From IMG/VR virus record IMGVR_UViG_3300028792_000001, positions 1-44,774 of that record: a stretch of DNA of 44,774 nt; one strand, given 5' to 3'. A model generated the notes under the pieces. It was not told the origin of the DNA. It did no database searches and was given only the letters and a program-made list of their open reading frames with translations. Below, piece after piece: positions 1-11,771 of this stretch. This DNA comes from a virus. Taxonomy: Duplodnaviria; Caudoviricetes. Each line of letters begins with the position of its first letter. Position 1 is the stretch's first letter. A program made the position numbers and the translations under genes.

Positions 1-127
1 GTAAACCCTGACCCAATACCATTCTTCTTACCAAGTGGTTTAAACAATTATCAATTTGTAAGTGCCGGCGATGGCATGTCTGTCAGTGAGAAAATCAGAT
101 GAAAACATATGTTCAGTCTAATAGTAA
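1..127. repeat. Terminal direct repeat (assembly overlap), identical to 44648-44774; indicates a complete circular genome
   Basis: gtaaaccctgacccaatacc...cagtctaatagtaa occurs at both ends. The ORF 44003-44749 runs through it and abuts the start of ORF 99. Confidence 0.97.
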
Positions 128-797
128 TGGTTCGACTGGAACTGCAACCACAGTAACAGTTACTTTAAATGGCAATATTACTGTCGGTAATACTTTACTA
201 GTTTTCTTGTATGGTCAAACCGCAACCGTAACTTCAGTGACAGATAATCTTAGCAATACCTATACTCAGGATTTTTCACATACTTCCAGCAATGGAAAGA
301 AATACGCTTATAGCGCACCAGTAACCACTGGCGGTAGTTGTACTATTACTTGGACATTTCCATCTAACACTCTACCTAGAGAAATTATAGTTGTAGAGCA
401 TCGGTATTTAAATGCAACTCCTTTCGACCAATCAGTAACTGTGACTGGAATAACAGCCGCTGGAGGAGCCACTTCTGGGGCAACAGCCAGCCTAACTCAA
501 AATTTTGAGTTAGTTGTCGGCTTATCGGCTTTATTTAACTCCAGTGATGCTACTGGGACATGGACAATTGATATGGAAAATGTGATACAAGAAGCTACTG
601 GTGGCACTAGTTATAGATTTTCCTATGCTTCAAGATTGAATAATAGTACGAATGGTCAAGCTGTTACCGTACAATCTTGGAGTCCAACAGGCAGTAACTA
701 TACTTTAATTTGTCTTACTTATAAGTATACGCCTAACGACCCTTTTAGGAGGAACAATCTACGACCAGCTATATTTAAGCCAGGACTAGCTAGATGA
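99..797 (+). CDS. Thr/Ser-rich beta-sheet virion decoration or fibre protein
   Basis: 232 aa ORF with an ATGA overlap to the upstream LamG-like gene. Composition is typical of virion accessory proteins. It has a distinct basic C-terminal tail, NNLRPAIFKPGLAR. Confidence 0.6.
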   Translation: MKTYVQSNSNGSTGTATTVTVTLNGNITVGNTLLVFLYGQTATVTSVTDNLSNTYTQDFSHTSSNGKKYAYSAPVTTGGSCTITWTFPSNTLPREIIVVEHRYLNATPFDQSVTVTGITAAGGATSGATASLTQNFELVVGLSALFNSSDATGTWTIDMENVIQEATGGTSYRFSYASRLNNSTNGQAVTVQSWSPTGSNYTLICLTYKYTPNDPFRRNNLRPAIFKPGLAR

Positions 798-841
798 TAT
801 TATGAAAGAGGTAAAAACAAACCAGATAGGCGGATAGTTAA

Positions 842-2179
842 ATTTCGTTTCTTCAGTTACGCAGTCCACGAATACAAAACCCATTAGCTAACCCTGCTGG
901 TCAAGGAAGTAGTCCAAGTGCCTCAGTTTCACCTAGTGCCTCATTGTCGCCTAGTGCAAGTGATTCGCCCAGTATTTCACCGTCAGCCTCAGTTTCACCG
1001 AGTTCGAGTGCGAGTGCCTCATTATCGCCGAGCGCCAGTTTATCACCATCGTCTAGTATCTCGCCTAGTATTTCACCGAGCGCCAGCCTCAGTCCATCAT
1101 CATCCATTTCGGCTTCTATATCACCTTCGGCTAGCGTAAGTCCGAGCGCTAGTAGCAGCCCGAGTAGTTCGGTTAGTGCTAGTATTTCGCCATCAGCCTC
1201 ACTAAGTCCTTCGAGCAGTTCTAGCGCTAGTATTAGTCCGTCAGCCAGTGTATCTCCCTCTGCTAGTCGCAGCCCGAGCAGTAGTGCATCGCCATCGATT
1301 TCTCCGAGCGCCAGCCTTAGCCCATCAGCAAGTATCTCGCCATCGATTTCACCGTCTGCTAGTGTCTCGCCCTCTGCATCTTTATCACCTAGCGCCAGCG
1401 CCAGCGCCTCGATTTCACCTAGTGCTAGTCTATCTCCTTCTAGTTCGGCGAGTCCTTCTATTTCTCCATCTGCAAGCCTATCGCCAAGTTCAAGTGTCAG
1501 CCCTTCAATCTCACCCTCAGCTTCGCTTAGTCCTAGTTCAAGCATTAGTCCATCGATTAGTCCGTCAGCCAGTCTTAGCCCCTCGAGTTCAATCAGTGCA
1601 TCCGTGTCGCCGAGCGCTTCCCGTTCGCCAAGTTCCTCAATATCGCCCTCGATTAGCCCGTCTAGTTCACTTAGCCCATCTTCGAGTGTATCTGCCTCAG
1701 TCTCCCCAAGCGCTAGTCGCAGCCCATCTGCTAGTGTCTCGCCCTCGATTAGCCCATCGTCCAGTTTAAGCCCATCAATATCGCCCTCATCATCAATTTC
1801 AGCCTCTTTAAGCCCCTCAAGTTCTTCATCAGCCTCAATATCACCTTCATCGTCTGCAAGCGCCAGTACAAGCCCGAGTGCGTCTGCAAGCCCATCTATC
1901 TCGCCTAGCGCTAGTGTCAGCCCATCCCCTAGCGAGTTTATACATGGTATAGAAGATGACATTATCGCTATAAAGCAAATTGACAACCTTACTATTATAA
2001 AAACAGCCGAATACAACATAGTTATCCACAAGTCTGTAGATGAAATTACAATAAAGGATGTTGAGGATATTCTGTCAGGTGGGACTACAGATGTAGTATT
2101 TGAGATAACCGCCACCCAGCAATCAGACAACATCACTATAACTAAATCACCGCCAGACAGTATCAGAATAATCGACTGA
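842..2179 (+). CDS. Mucin-like Ser/Pro-rich repeat protein with an Ile/Asp-rich C-terminal domain (probable glycosylated virion protein)
   Basis: About 340 aa of SPS[AS]Sx repeats from 908 to ~1932. The frame is open from ATT at 842; the ORF-track TTG at 944 lies inside the repeat, so the start is uncertain. Confidence 0.8.
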   Translation: MSFLQLRSPRIQNPLANPAGQGSSPSASVSPSASLSPSASDSPSISPSASVSPSSSASASLSPSASLSPSSSISPSISPSASLSPSSSISASISPSASVSPSASSSPSSSVSASISPSASLSPSSSSSASISPSASVSPSASRSPSSSASPSISPSASLSPSASISPSISPSASVSPSASLSPSASASASISPSASLSPSSSASPSISPSASLSPSSSVSPSISPSASLSPSSSISPSISPSASLSPSSSISASVSPSASRSPSSSISPSISPSSSLSPSSSVSASVSPSASRSPSASVSPSISPSSSLSPSISPSSSISASLSPSSSSSASISPSSSASASTSPSASASPSISPSASVSPSPSEFIHGIEDDIIAIKQIDNLTIIKTAEYNIVIHKSVDEITIKDVEDILSGGTTDVVFEITATQQSDNITITKSPPDSIRIID

Positions 2180-2384
2180 ACATCGACATTCTTCCAATAT
2201 TTGTTATACTTCAAATAATTATCTGTACTCGCCCTCGGATAGTCTAAAGACCGTATAACTTGGGCGAACCTTTATAAATGATACATCGTTAGTTTCGTTT
2301 ATGATAAATAGTTGTAAATGAATTACAGAGATAAATGATATAACTTTCATTTGGTAATACTAAGACATGGTTGTAATTGATGGT

Positions 2385-2412
2385 TAAAAAGAGAAACCCC
2401 TCTTTCGAGGGG
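2385..2412 (-). terminator. Rho-independent terminator on the minus strand
   Basis: Minus strand reads CCCCTC-GAAA-GAGGGG followed by TTTCTCTTTTT. Confidence 0.75.
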
Positions 2413-2444
2413 CCTTGCTGTGTTCTCTATCGCACACAAAGTGC

Positions 2445-2481
2445 TTGACTTATTATTAGCACGGGTGTACCATCATGTCAA
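2445..2481. promoter_or_regulatory. Overlapping divergent sigma70-type promoters
   Basis: Plus strand: TTGACT(2445)-17 nt-TACCAT(2468). Minus strand: TTGACA(2481-2476)-17 nt-TAATAA with a TGn extension. Confidence 0.65.
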
Positions 2482-2725
2482 CACTGCTGTGTTCGTAACA
2501 CTTGAAAACCGATATGCGTCAATGGTCGGTAAGCCAAAACTCAGCCTCATGTGACGGGGACGGGAATAGGTAAGCGAGGGTAAAAGGGATGGTTACATCT
2601 CCCTTCTTCGCTATGCTTTGTAACTTCACAATTCAAAATCATTCAATATTAACCCACTACCAGCCTAGCTCTATGCTCTGCTAAACAAGAATAGGGTTGG
2701 AGTTTAACTAAGTCTGTGAGGATAC

Positions 2726-2899
2726 ATGATAGAAGAATACGATGAATATGGAGAAGTTAAGCCTGTAGTAGAACGTAAACTTTCAGCAGACCAGCAACAT
2801 CGCATACACCAGACTAAAGATTTATTTGAAGGTGATTGTTCTTATTGCCAATCTGACATGAAGAAGAAATTGCATACATATTGGAGTGATGATGAATAG
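2726..2899 (+). CDS. Small hypothetical protein (57 aa) with H..H...CxxC, possibly zinc-binding
   Basis: Translated by hand as MIEEYDEYGEVKPVV...HRIHQ...CSYC...WSDDE. GAGGA SD upstream. Below the ORF-track size cutoff. Confidence 0.6.
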   Translation: MIEEYDEYGEVKPVVERKLSADQQHRIHQTKDLFEGDCSYCQSDMKKKLHTYWSDDE

Positions 2900-3134
2900 C
2901 AAGAAAAAGAAGTTAGACAATCAAGTTAAGCACGAGCGATTATTAAGATTGTTCGATGGGGATGGTTATGAGGAATTTCATACGCCTAGATATATATTTG
3001 TTAAGCAGTGGAATGGCAACACTGAGCATTGGCAAGTTGCTATCTACCCGATTGATAGTTGGCGTAGAATGCAGGTAGGTAGCGAGAAATATGTTCAGCA
3101 ACAGCATTTAAATTCAATAATAAACGAAGATTAA
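2892..3134 (+). CDS. Hypothetical protein
   Basis: ORF coupled to the upstream small gene. Confidence 0.6.
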   Translation: MNSKKKKLDNQVKHERLLRLFDGDGYEEFHTPRYIFVKQWNGNTEHWQVAIYPIDSWRRMQVGSEKYVQQQHLNSIINED

Positions 3135-3143
3135 GAAGAAACT

Positions 3144-4196
3144 ATGAAACTATTTACAACCCTAATACTTGTGGTATTATTAAGCTTAGTAGGCTTGACT
3201 TTTAACATAGGAAAAAGTAATGACACAAACAAAGGATTCTCGGACGTGGACCTATCTAGCTTAAACCCTCAAACCGTAGATGTAAATCAACTCACTAATT
3301 CGGGTATATTCCCACCCTCGATTGACTGGAACGCAAAGAATCAGCCCAACTATGTAGAATTAAACAACTATCCTGCAACTAGTGGTGGCGGAAGCGGTGG
3401 TGGAACTCCACCCCCTGACTTATCTTCCTACGACCAAGGCATCAACAATATAAACACTGGCATAGGTAGACTAGACACCCAACGTAACTCAGGTCTCTCT
3501 GGCATCGATTCTTCCTACCAGAACGCTCTTAGCCAATTACTCCTAGGCAGGAACAGAGGTCAGCAATCCTATGACACTAACGTTCAAGATACTAGAACAG
3601 GTTATGTTAAAGCCAAGAATACTATCGGAGCGCAAGCAGGACAAGCTCTAAATGGACTTCAAAGATTACTAGGGTCGCGCGGGGCTGGAGGTGGTTCGGC
3701 TTACAACATTGCTGCGCCCCAGGCTGTTGCGAGAGGCGCCACTTTACAAAGAGCTGATGTCGGTGGAGATTTCTCTAAAAATATGCAAGCTCTCGATACC
3801 AACTGGAACAACTTCTTACAGGACTATGGCAATCAAGTTAGTGGGGCAGGCTCCCAAAGAGACCAAGCTAAACAAGGTCTAGAAGGAAGTATAGCTACCA
3901 ATCGAGGAACTTTATTACAGCAACTAGCTCAGTTACAAGCTCAACGCGCCCAAGCAGCTGGAGGCAATCCCGCCCAAGCTGCCCAGCCTTATGTAGACCA
4001 AGCTAACCAAGCCCTAGACCAAGCTGCTAATTACACAGTCGCACCCATAAATTACCAAACCCAAGCCTATCAAGCCCCATCATTAGCTAGTTACAACCCC
4101 ACCCCCCAACCTACCGCCTCATTCAGCAAGCAAAACAGCGATTACTTCAGCCCATATCTAGCATCATTACTCGGTAAAAAGCAGCAGATAGCGTAG
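3144..4196 (+). CDS. Putative internal virion (ejection) protein with an N-terminal hydrophobic segment
   Basis: 350 aa, Gln/Ala/Gly-rich and helical. It lies next to a large internal-protein gene and the tail genes. Confidence 0.5.
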   Translation: MKLFTTLILVVLLSLVGLTFNIGKSNDTNKGFSDVDLSSLNPQTVDVNQLTNSGIFPPSIDWNAKNQPNYVELNNYPATSGGGSGGGTPPPDLSSYDQGINNINTGIGRLDTQRNSGLSGIDSSYQNALSQLLLGRNRGQQSYDTNVQDTRTGYVKAKNTIGAQAGQALNGLQRLLGSRGAGGGSAYNIAAPQAVARGATLQRADVGGDFSKNMQALDTNWNNFLQDYGNQVSGAGSQRDQAKQGLEGSIATNRGTLLQQLAQLQAQRAQAAGGNPAQAAQPYVDQANQALDQAANYTVAPINYQTQAYQAPSLASYNPTPQPTASFSKQNSDYFSPYLASLLGKKQQIA

Positions 4197-4203
4197 GTGT
4201 CCT

Positions 4204-7200
4204 TTGGCATCTCTACTAGGATGGCTTGGCAGAACAGCGAAAGGCATAGAGCGCCAAGTTAATCCTTTTGACAATGGTGCTACTTATAAACAACAAACCC
4301 CAGTAAGTAACCAATCGGTCGGTCAACAAGCCTCAACACTTGGCAGAGGGTTAGTGCATCCATTTTCTACATTTGGTAGTGCAGTTGCACACGTCCCACA
4401 GACAGTTTATCGAGAAGTACAAAACAAACCGATTGGAAGTATTCAACAAAGCGTATTTGGCACACAAGACCAAGGTAACATAGCTAAACAAATAATTGGC
4501 GATACGGCTACTATAGGATTAACGGCAGCAGCCCCAGGCATATCACGATTTGCTGGAGACGTAGCTGGGAGTGTATTCCCTAATCTAGCTTCAAAAGGGG
4601 CTATAAATGCCCTGCGTTTTGGCGGTGGGGTTGGGGATACCGCTGCTGGCAGACTACTGACTAATACTGCCATTAGAGCGCCCATTACAGCCTCATTACC
4701 CACCAGAATAGCTACTGGAGCTTTGGCTAACCAAGCATTAAATACAGGGTTTGGCGTAGCTGGACAAGTTGGGTCAGGACAAAAAGTAAACATAGGTCAA
4801 GCTGCTAAACAAGCATTAGGTCCTACGGCTATAGGTATTGGCTCAGAGCTAGCCCCCCATGCTATCAATGCAATTAAAAATAACCCATTAAATGAAGTAG
4901 GTGCAGTAGGTAAAGATGTAAAGATGCCAGAGTCCAACAAGCCCATTAGCAATCCTAATCTTAAAGAATACTATGATGCCAAAATAGGAGAGTTAAAAAG
5001 CATGGACGGGCATAATGTTAGCATGAACAAAGAGACGGGAGTGCGGACTACAGATAATTCCTCTGTTTATAGTAAACTTTATGCTAACAGGGGCCGCCCA
5101 CCAACCAACCAAGATTATGTTGACTATATACACGAACAAAACATGGCAGGGAAACCAGTGGGTTTTGCCGACAAAAGTGAAGTAGCTCTCTACAAGAATC
5201 TACTTAAAGAATCGGCCAGCAAAAATCCACCCACCCCTGTTAGTGCAGTAGGTAAGAATATACCAGAGCAACCCAATCTTAATAAAGGAGCGTTCTCAGC
5301 AAAAGACAGGGCTAACCTAGACAAACAAATAGCAGCTGAAAAAGCTAAGATACCTACGCCTACAGGAGTGCCAACTAAACCCCCAGAAACTGCTAACCTC
5401 ACCCAAGCCCAAAGACAGAACCTTATAAATAATGATGCCCTTCAACAAACCAAAAACAAAGTAGAAATAAATCCAGCAGTAGGGAATACCAAAGGGGCTG
5501 TTGCCCAGGCGACTGGTATTGCCGATGAACTTAGGTCGAGATTAGACCGCGCCGCTTCCCTGGCAAGTAAATTAAATAGCCATGACCAAGCGTTACTAAG
5601 TGAGCGAGCCGATAAGAATGTTTCTATTAAACCAAATAACCCTGAAGCATTTGCTAAAGCCTCCGCCGCCCATAGCGATGCTTTTGACTACTCGTTGGCT
5701 GCACAGAGGGCAGCAGGGGGAACAACTCTGCGTTTTGGCGGCGGAAATTATCACCCTCTATACCTAGAAGCTACGACTGCAAAAATGGATGCCCTTGGTA
5801 TTCCTCAAGCAGACAGAATCCAAAAGGGTAAGTTTACAGGTTTTCAAGACACAACTCGTAAATATCGAGGCTATACTGACGCGGGAAAAGTAGGGCTGAA
5901 GCCGCTTAATAGTTCTCCCGTAGAAGATATAAAAATGTACAACCAAAAAAGTGCAATTCCTATCCGCAACGCTACTTTACGAGCAGCCTTGGAGAAATCA
6001 AACCCTGGAGAAGTAACTGCTACTGGTATGGGAGTGGGGCGTGATGGAAAGCCTTTCCGCCAGGCTGCAGGTGCTAATCTTCCTTTCAATGTTTCAGAGA
6101 ATGTGGATAAGAATCTAAACAACTTTAAAAGAGCCTATGTCCCTGAATCGACTGCTGGGAAAGTAGCTCTAGAGGGGACGGAGAAAGTAAATGCCGGAGC
6201 TAAAAGAGCGCTCTGGTTCGGTTCGTTATTCCACTATCCGAACGAACTTAAAAACTTTGTTGGTTCTAATCTATTCCACCCTGTAGTTGTAGCAAAGGGC
6301 GTTGGCAGGGCTGTGGTAAGTGCCACTAGTAACGAAGGATGGAACGGTATCCTTGACCGTGCCCGAACTACTAAAGTCAACGGCACAAGTGTATTAGAGG
6401 GGGCGCGTGCGATGGGCGTTGAATTACCTGGAAATTCTCGGCTTAATCGAGTTACGAGTGCTTATTCCCTTACCCAGGCTGAAGCAGCCCTCCAGAAAGG
6501 CATAGACCCCAACTCAGTGGAAGGGGTGAACGCCGGACGGCTTATAAATAAGATTGCAGGGCAGAAAAATGCCGCTGTTCAGGGTTCTAACCCAACTATT
6601 GACAGGATAGTCTCAGCTGGAGCCGCGGCACCAAAATGGACACCATCCCAACTTAAATTGGTTATAGATGCTTTTACCAAACCAGGCATTGGCAGGTTCA
6701 CAGAAGGCGGCGGTGCGAGGAATGTTCTACTTGGCGCTAGAGCTTTAGAGGCTGGGCTTGCCATTGGAGGGTCAGCAGCCTTAGCTGGTCGGCTTCCAAC
6801 AGCCAAAGAAGCCCAGCAACAGGCAGGCTTATCACTTAACAATCCGGTCCCTAATGTTCAGCTCAATTCAAAGAATTCTAAAGGCGAGGGGCAAGTAATG
6901 AATTTCCCAACCGACCCAACTGGGCTTGCAGTGGGATTGGCAACAAATCCAGGGCATTTCCTACAATCTCGTTTCTCTCCAGGTTTAAGTTTTGCCACTA
7001 AAGTTGCCACAAATAAGAACTGGAACGACCAGCCACTAGCCGACCCAAACAAACCCAATTATGGTTTGAATCTAGTTAAGAATGCTGCGTTAAACTCGGT
7101 ACTTCCTATTGGTGTGCAGAACTTTACTAACTTCCAGAAAAATCCCAACAATCCTAGTATTGCTCAAGGATTACTACAAGAAGTAGGAGGACGTTTGAAG

Positions 7201-8109
7201 ACTAACCCTAATGACCCACGGGTAGTCGATACCAAAGACTACATTAATAACCAAAATAAATTTGTCAGTTCGCTCAATAAGAACGAGGCTGCCCTGTTTA
7301 ATACAGTAAACCCCACAAAGAAGGATGCTGGCGGTAATATTGTCTATAATCCTGATATATTCCAAAAAGCTGACACTTATGCAATTCTAGCTAGCAATCA
7401 TAGCTTTACGGATAAATATCAGTCTTATCAGCAATCACAGAAAAACCATGACCCAGTCTGGGATTTACTTAGAAACCAACTTCAATCAGTACTCACGTTG
7501 AGAAGCGGAAAGTCTCTACCAGGCCAGACATATACGAAAGCTGGTGTTCCCTTAACTCAAGCTACAGGAACTGACCAACAATGGTATAAAGACTTACTAG
7601 CCGAAGAACAAACCTATTTTAGTAGTTTACCCAAGTCGACTACACCTTCAACTCCGGTAGACTACGGTCCCCAGGCCAACGCCTATGTTAACCAACAACT
7701 CAATGCTAAGAATTATAAAGACCCTCAAGTTCAAAAATACTTTAATGACCGGGCGGCTTATGAAAACTCCCAACGAGCCCAGCAAGGGGGCTTAAAACCT
7801 ATTGCTCAATTTGGACAAGTAGGCCAGCCAGGGCAACTTGATAATCCCGCCCAGTTAGCTATTACTCCTAAAGGTAGCTCCTATGGTACAGGTGCACCCA
7901 AAGCTAAGACTGCTTCTACAAGAGTTAGAGGTGCAAAAGCTAAAGCTACAAAGACTCCAAGTTATAAGGCAGTAGCCTCCATCAAAGCCCCCAAACTTCC
8001 TAAAGGTATTAAAGTAAATGTTCCAAGAACTAGCTTCAAAGCGCCCAAAACTAGAAAACTAGCCGTGAGTAAAATACCAAGTAGTTACACTCGGCGGAAA
8101 TTAGCGTAG
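4204..8109 (+). CDS. Large putative internal virion / DNA-injection protein
   Basis: 1301 aa, Ala/Gly-rich, with a very basic C-terminus. Position is typical of podovirus ejection proteins. Confidence 0.55.
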   Translation: MASLLGWLGRTAKGIERQVNPFDNGATYKQQTPVSNQSVGQQASTLGRGLVHPFSTFGSAVAHVPQTVYREVQNKPIGSIQQSVFGTQDQGNIAKQIIGDTATIGLTAAAPGISRFAGDVAGSVFPNLASKGAINALRFGGGVGDTAAGRLLTNTAIRAPITASLPTRIATGALANQALNTGFGVAGQVGSGQKVNIGQAAKQALGPTAIGIGSELAPHAINAIKNNPLNEVGAVGKDVKMPESNKPISNPNLKEYYDAKIGELKSMDGHNVSMNKETGVRTTDNSSVYSKLYANRGRPPTNQDYVDYIHEQNMAGKPVGFADKSEVALYKNLLKESASKNPPTPVSAVGKNIPEQPNLNKGAFSAKDRANLDKQIAAEKAKIPTPTGVPTKPPETANLTQAQRQNLINNDALQQTKNKVEINPAVGNTKGAVAQATGIADELRSRLDRAASLASKLNSHDQALLSERADKNVSIKPNNPEAFAKASAAHSDAFDYSLAAQRAAGGTTLRFGGGNYHPLYLEATTAKMDALGIPQADRIQKGKFTGFQDTTRKYRGYTDAGKVGLKPLNSSPVEDIKMYNQKSAIPIRNATLRAALEKSNPGEVTATGMGVGRDGKPFRQAAGANLPFNVSENVDKNLNNFKRAYVPESTAGKVALEGTEKVNAGAKRALWFGSLFHYPNELKNFVGSNLFHPVVVAKGVGRAVVSATSNEGWNGILDRARTTKVNGTSVLEGARAMGVELPGNSRLNRVTSAYSLTQAEAALQKGIDPNSVEGVNAGRLINKIAGQKNAAVQGSNPTIDRIVSAGAAAPKWTPSQLKLVIDAFTKPGIGRFTEGGGARNVLLGARALEAGLAIGGSAALAGRLPTAKEAQQQAGLSLNNPVPNVQLNSKNSKGEGQVMNFPTDPTGLAVGLATNPGHFLQSRFSPGLSFATKVATNKNWNDQPLADPNKPNYGLNLVKNAALNSVLPIGVQNFTNFQKNPNNPSIAQGLLQEVGGRLKTNPNDPRVVDTKDYINNQNKFVSSLNKNEAALFNTVNPTKKDAGGNIVYNPDIFQKADTYAILASNHSFTDKYQSYQQSQKNHDPVWDLLRNQLQSVLTLRSGKSLPGQTYTKAGVPLTQATGTDQQWYKDLLAEEQTYFSSLPKSTTPSTPVDYGPQANAYVNQQLNAKNYKDPQVQKYFNDRAAYENSQRAQQGGLKPIAQFGQVGQPGQLDNPAQLAITPKGSSYGTGAPKAKTASTRVRGAKAKATKTPSYKAVASIKAPKLPKGIKVNVPRTSFKAPKTRKLAVSKIPSSYTRRKLA

Positions 8110-8110
8110 A

Positions 8111-8557
8111 ATGAAAACTATGAAAGTCTGTAACATAGAAAGTTGCGATAGAAAAGTTTGGTCTAGGGGATGGTGTCTGATGCACTATAAACATTGGTGG
8201 AGACATGGGGATGTCACAGTAAGGAAATGTGCGCCCAATGGGAATAGAAAATATCATCCCTTATACGGTATTTATTGTAGTATGAAACAGAGGTGTTATG
8301 ACAAAGGTTCTACGTTTTATAAGGATTATGGTGGTCGTGGTCTAAGGGTCTGCGATAGATGGCTGGGCGTGGAAGGCTTTGATAATTTCGTTTTAGATAT
8401 GGGAGAGCGCCCCGAAGGCATGACGGTGGACAGGATAGATAATAATGGTAACTATGAACCGTCAAATTGCCGCTGGGCAACTCGGAAAGAACAAGCCAAT
8501 AATCGTAGGCCGAGGAGGTACTATCGTGCGCCCGTCCTTGAAGGAGGTGTATTTTGA
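8111..8557 (+). CDS. HNH homing endonuclease
   Basis: [15 protein letters not shown] ... [27 protein letters not shown], plus an N-terminal CxxxxC...C..H zinc motif. Confidence 0.9.
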   Translation: MKTMKVCNIESCDRKVWSRGWCLMHYKHWWRHGDVTVRKCAPNGNRKYHPLYGIYCSMKQRCYDKGSTFYKDYGGRGLRVCDRWLGVEGFDNFVLDMGERPEGMTVDRIDNNGNYEPSNCRWATRKEQANNRRPRRYYRAPVLEGGVF

Positions 8558-9267
8558 CTGTAACTGAGGCTATTGCAGAGACGTATCTCCTGGCCGTCGG
8601 CAAAACAACAGTGCTTACAACAGGCAGTAAGTATACTAGGATAATTGGATTACTGGATTATTTTCAGCGTAAATGGGGGCGGGCTAAAGGTATTGATTGG
8701 AACTCCCTTTATAATCCAGCCTTCTCACTAGGCACAGTCACAGCTACCGATACATTTGATATAGATACTTCCACCGTCAGGAAGCTCTCGCCCAGAGAAG
8801 GTGATACCGTTAGAATAGTCTGGTCTGATGGAGTAGGCTACACGGATTATGATACGGTAGATGCCAACAAGTTAAAGGATTATTCTTATGGCGTTAATAA
8901 GGAAAGCCCATTAGGTTTCTACTGCGCCCGTATAGGTAATACGTTAGTCTTTAACCATGAATTTATATCGACCGACTCCCAATATGGCGGTGAGATATTT
9001 ATACCGTGTTACATTTTCCCAGACTCTATTACCTCAGACAACCCTGATACTGATGAAGTCCAAGTTGATGACCCATCGTGGCTAACGACTCGTGCGGCTG
9101 CCGAGTACTGCCGTAACGATATTACCCGTCGAGCAAGGTATCCTGAATTAAAAGACGATGCTGAGAAGATATGGGACGTTATGAGAGATGACAATGATGG
9201 GCAAATTGATACAGTAGAAACTCCTTGGCAGCCCTTCACTGGCAATAACGACTCAGTCTGGAACTAG
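8554..9267 (+). CDS. Putative head-tail adaptor / tail tubular protein A
   Basis: 237 aa with an MTVTEAI-type N-terminus, directly upstream of the nozzle-like gene. Confidence 0.5.
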   Translation: MTVTEAIAETYLLAVGKTTVLTTGSKYTRIIGLLDYFQRKWGRAKGIDWNSLYNPAFSLGTVTATDTFDIDTSTVRKLSPREGDTVRIVWSDGVGYTDYDTVDANKLKDYSYGVNKESPLGFYCARIGNTLVFNHEFISTDSQYGGEIFIPCYIFPDSITSDNPDTDEVQVDDPSWLTTRAAAEYCRNDITRRARYPELKDDAEKIWDVMRDDNDGQIDTVETPWQPFTGNNDSVWN

Positions 9268-9269
9268 CT

Positions 9270-11741
9270 GTGGGCGACCCATACGCAGAGCCACAAGTAA
9301 AACGACTAAGCGTCAAGGACCATTTGAATGGAGTGGTGACGGCCTATGATGATGGGCGCGTTCCTATTAAAGGTCTAAAGAGTGGTGGGAATGTTTACTT
9401 AACTCAAGATAGTACTATTCGTCCCCGTCCCTCGATGGTACGCTATGGTCCCCAGCCTATAGGCAAAGTCTTAGGTGAGATATTCGAGTATAAGAAGGTG
9501 TCGGGTACGACTCGGGAGAACTGGCTCATATCGATGCAGAGTTTTGGGGTGTCTCGCTCCCCTTCAGCCTCGACCTCACCCTCTGCTAGTGTTTCACCGT
9601 CCAGTTCAGCCTCTAGTTCCGCCTCACGCTCGCTTAGTCCCTCTGCTAGTCGCAGCCCATCAGCTAGTGTCAGTCCATCGGCTTCAGCTTCATTATCACT
9701 CAGCCCTAGCGCTTCAGTCTCGCCTTCTTCTAGTACATCGATTTCACCATCAGCCAGCCTCTCGCCGTCAGCCTCTCGTTCACCGAGTGCCTCACTCAGC
9801 CCCTCAGCTTCAGTCTCACTATCTCTGTCCCCAAGTGCGTCAGTTAGTCCATCCAGTTCTGTTAGCCCAAGTTCCAGCGCTAGCCGTTCCTTGTCACCGA
9901 GTGCCTCTACCTCTCCTTCAGCCTCTGTCTCACCGTCCAGTAGTACATCAATTTCACCTAGTTCATCACTTAGCCCATCCAGCTCAGTGAGTGCCAGCCC
10001 CTCCGCACCCATAACAAGCTATGCCCAGATTTATATAGCTAAACCAGAAGATACTACTTGGACTGCTTGTACAGGGAAATACTACGATGATGATGCCCCA
10101 GCCCATTACTTCCAAATCGGTAGTAAAGTAGTGATTATGAATGGCGAGGATAACCTAAGCTACCTAGCCACTTCAGGAACTACCATTACACCGTTTACTG
10201 CGTTGCCTACACCGGCAGCTCCGACTTTGAACGCTATCAATACCCTCACCACTGGGGCGTTCCCTATTACTTATCGAGTAACGATTAACTCTGCTATTGG
10301 AGAAACAGCAGCCTCAAATGCTCTATCTACTTCGGCTAATAAAGATAGGGACAATTGGTCTGGGACTGAGAACATTGTGATTAACTTGCCGAGTATAGGC
10401 TCGGGTAGCTCCTACAATGTTTATGTCGGTGTAGTGAATAATTTTGAATTTTTAGTTGCTTCTGGGATTTCTTCTTCTGCTACAACCTTCACCGATACTG
10501 GCGGAACCACGATGCCCGTATTTTTCCAGAGACTTTACCCTTCAACCGATTCAACGGCTGGGCCAAGAGTCACCAGAGGGGCTAATATCGGTGGCAGGGC
10601 CTTTCTGGTCGGTGACGCAGACAACCCCTACAATGTCTGGAATGGTGGCGACCCAGGTCACGAGCTAGACTTTTCGTCCGCTTACGGGGGAGCCAGTTTC
10701 CCAGTAAATGGTGGTGGTAAGGAACTCCCGTGCGCTGTTAGGCTGCACCGTGACGCCAAAGGTACGGCCACCATTAAGGTTTACTGCCAGGGAACGAAAG
10801 GTAAACGCTTCAGTCTCACGCCTGACCAAATAACTCTAGGGAATGATATTATTACCGCCTATGATGTTACGGAAGATGAGGGCGAAGCGGGTACGAACTC
10901 TCCTGACGGTATACTATATTACAACAACTCTAACTACTACCCTTCAACAGCAGGCTTCGAGGTGGACGGTACGCTCCCACAGATACAGAATGTCTTGGCA
11001 ACCCGTAAAGCTTCTAACACAATCCAGACTGACATGGCTTCGCTTAACCAAAGTGCTATGGATAAAGTCTGTGGGTTTGTATTTGATGGCAGATTGTGTT
11101 GGGCGCTCCCAGTAAACTCAACCACTAATAATGAGATATGGGTGCTTGACATTGATAGGAAAGGCGCTTGGATGAAACCTTGGAGCATCTCGGCGGACTG
11201 GATGTGGATAATTACCGATAACACAGGCAACACCCATCACCTTATACTGTCTAATAATGTAATATATGATTTAAGCTACTCGGCTCTGACTACTGATGAT
11301 GGTGATGCGTTCCTAACCAACGGGCAATCAGGCGAAATATACTTTTCAGATGATAAGCGAATGTGGGTGCAACTTTTGATGGTAATTATAGTGTTGGCTT
11401 CCCCTAAAGGCGAAATGCACTGGCAAATTACAGGTAAAACCGAGGATAATAATTTACAAGCTCTGGGCGAACCCACTACATTTATGGCAGCGACCAATAC
11501 AGTTGTAGCAGGTTGGGGAGAAGTAAATAAATATATTTTGGGTTGGGGCAGAAATGCTTGGAGTAAAGTTAATATCGTACCGACTAATTCAGCCAGCAAT
11601 ACTCAAGAAGTCCCAATCGAAATTGACGAAGAAATTCAGTGGGCTAGTTATGCGTGGAATACCAATAAGGTTAATGTAGATTACAACATATCGGATATAA
11701 TATTTGAGTACATTGAGGTAGGACTGAGAGATTTACAGTAG
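9270..11741 (+). CDS. Putative tail nozzle / tail tubular protein B with an inserted Ser/Pro repeat tract
   Basis: 823 aa and beta-rich. About 150 aa of SPSAS repeats (~9553-10010) interrupt otherwise normal-complexity sequence. Confidence 0.6.
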   Translation: MGDPYAEPQVKRLSVKDHLNGVVTAYDDGRVPIKGLKSGGNVYLTQDSTIRPRPSMVRYGPQPIGKVLGEIFEYKKVSGTTRENWLISMQSFGVSRSPSASTSPSASVSPSSSASSSASRSLSPSASRSPSASVSPSASASLSLSPSASVSPSSSTSISPSASLSPSASRSPSASLSPSASVSLSLSPSASVSPSSSVSPSSSASRSLSPSASTSPSASVSPSSSTSISPSSSLSPSSSVSASPSAPITSYAQIYIAKPEDTTWTACTGKYYDDDAPAHYFQIGSKVVIMNGEDNLSYLATSGTTITPFTALPTPAAPTLNAINTLTTGAFPITYRVTINSAIGETAASNALSTSANKDRDNWSGTENIVINLPSIGSGSSYNVYVGVVNNFEFLVASGISSSATTFTDTGGTTMPVFFQRLYPSTDSTAGPRVTRGANIGGRAFLVGDADNPYNVWNGGDPGHELDFSSAYGGASFPVNGGGKELPCAVRLHRDAKGTATIKVYCQGTKGKRFSLTPDQITLGNDIITAYDVTEDEGEAGTNSPDGILYYNNSNYYPSTAGFEVDGTLPQIQNVLATRKASNTIQTDMASLNQSAMDKVCGFVFDGRLCWALPVNSTTNNEIWVLDIDRKGAWMKPWSISADWMWIITDNTGNTHHLILSNNVIYDLSYSALTTDDGDAFLTNGQSGEIYFSDDKRMWVQLLMVIIVLASPKGEMHWQITGKTEDNNLQALGEPTTFMAATNTVVAGWGEVNKYILGWGRNAWSKVNIVPTNSASNTQEVPIEIDEEIQWASYAWNTNKVNVDYNISDIIFEYIEVGLRDLQ

Positions 11742-11771
11742 TTATGTTAATATTATGGAAAGGAAACAAAT

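Noticed and set aside
802-890. Stop-codon reassignment or TAG read-through
   Set aside because: The standard code gives dense, uninterrupted genes, and TAG, TGA and TAA all end well-supported genes.
908-1932. Repeat tracts as a CRISPR array or DNA satellite
   Set aside because: There is no constant repeat-spacer structure. The periodicity is at the peptide level, with variable codons.
901-2214. 437-aa minus-strand ORF rich in L/G/E/A/D (also 9443-10012 and 32951-33823)
   Set aside because: These are shadow ORFs: the reverse complement of the Ser/Pro/Ala repeats lacks stops in that frame. They coincide with the + strand tracts and oppose the operon direction.
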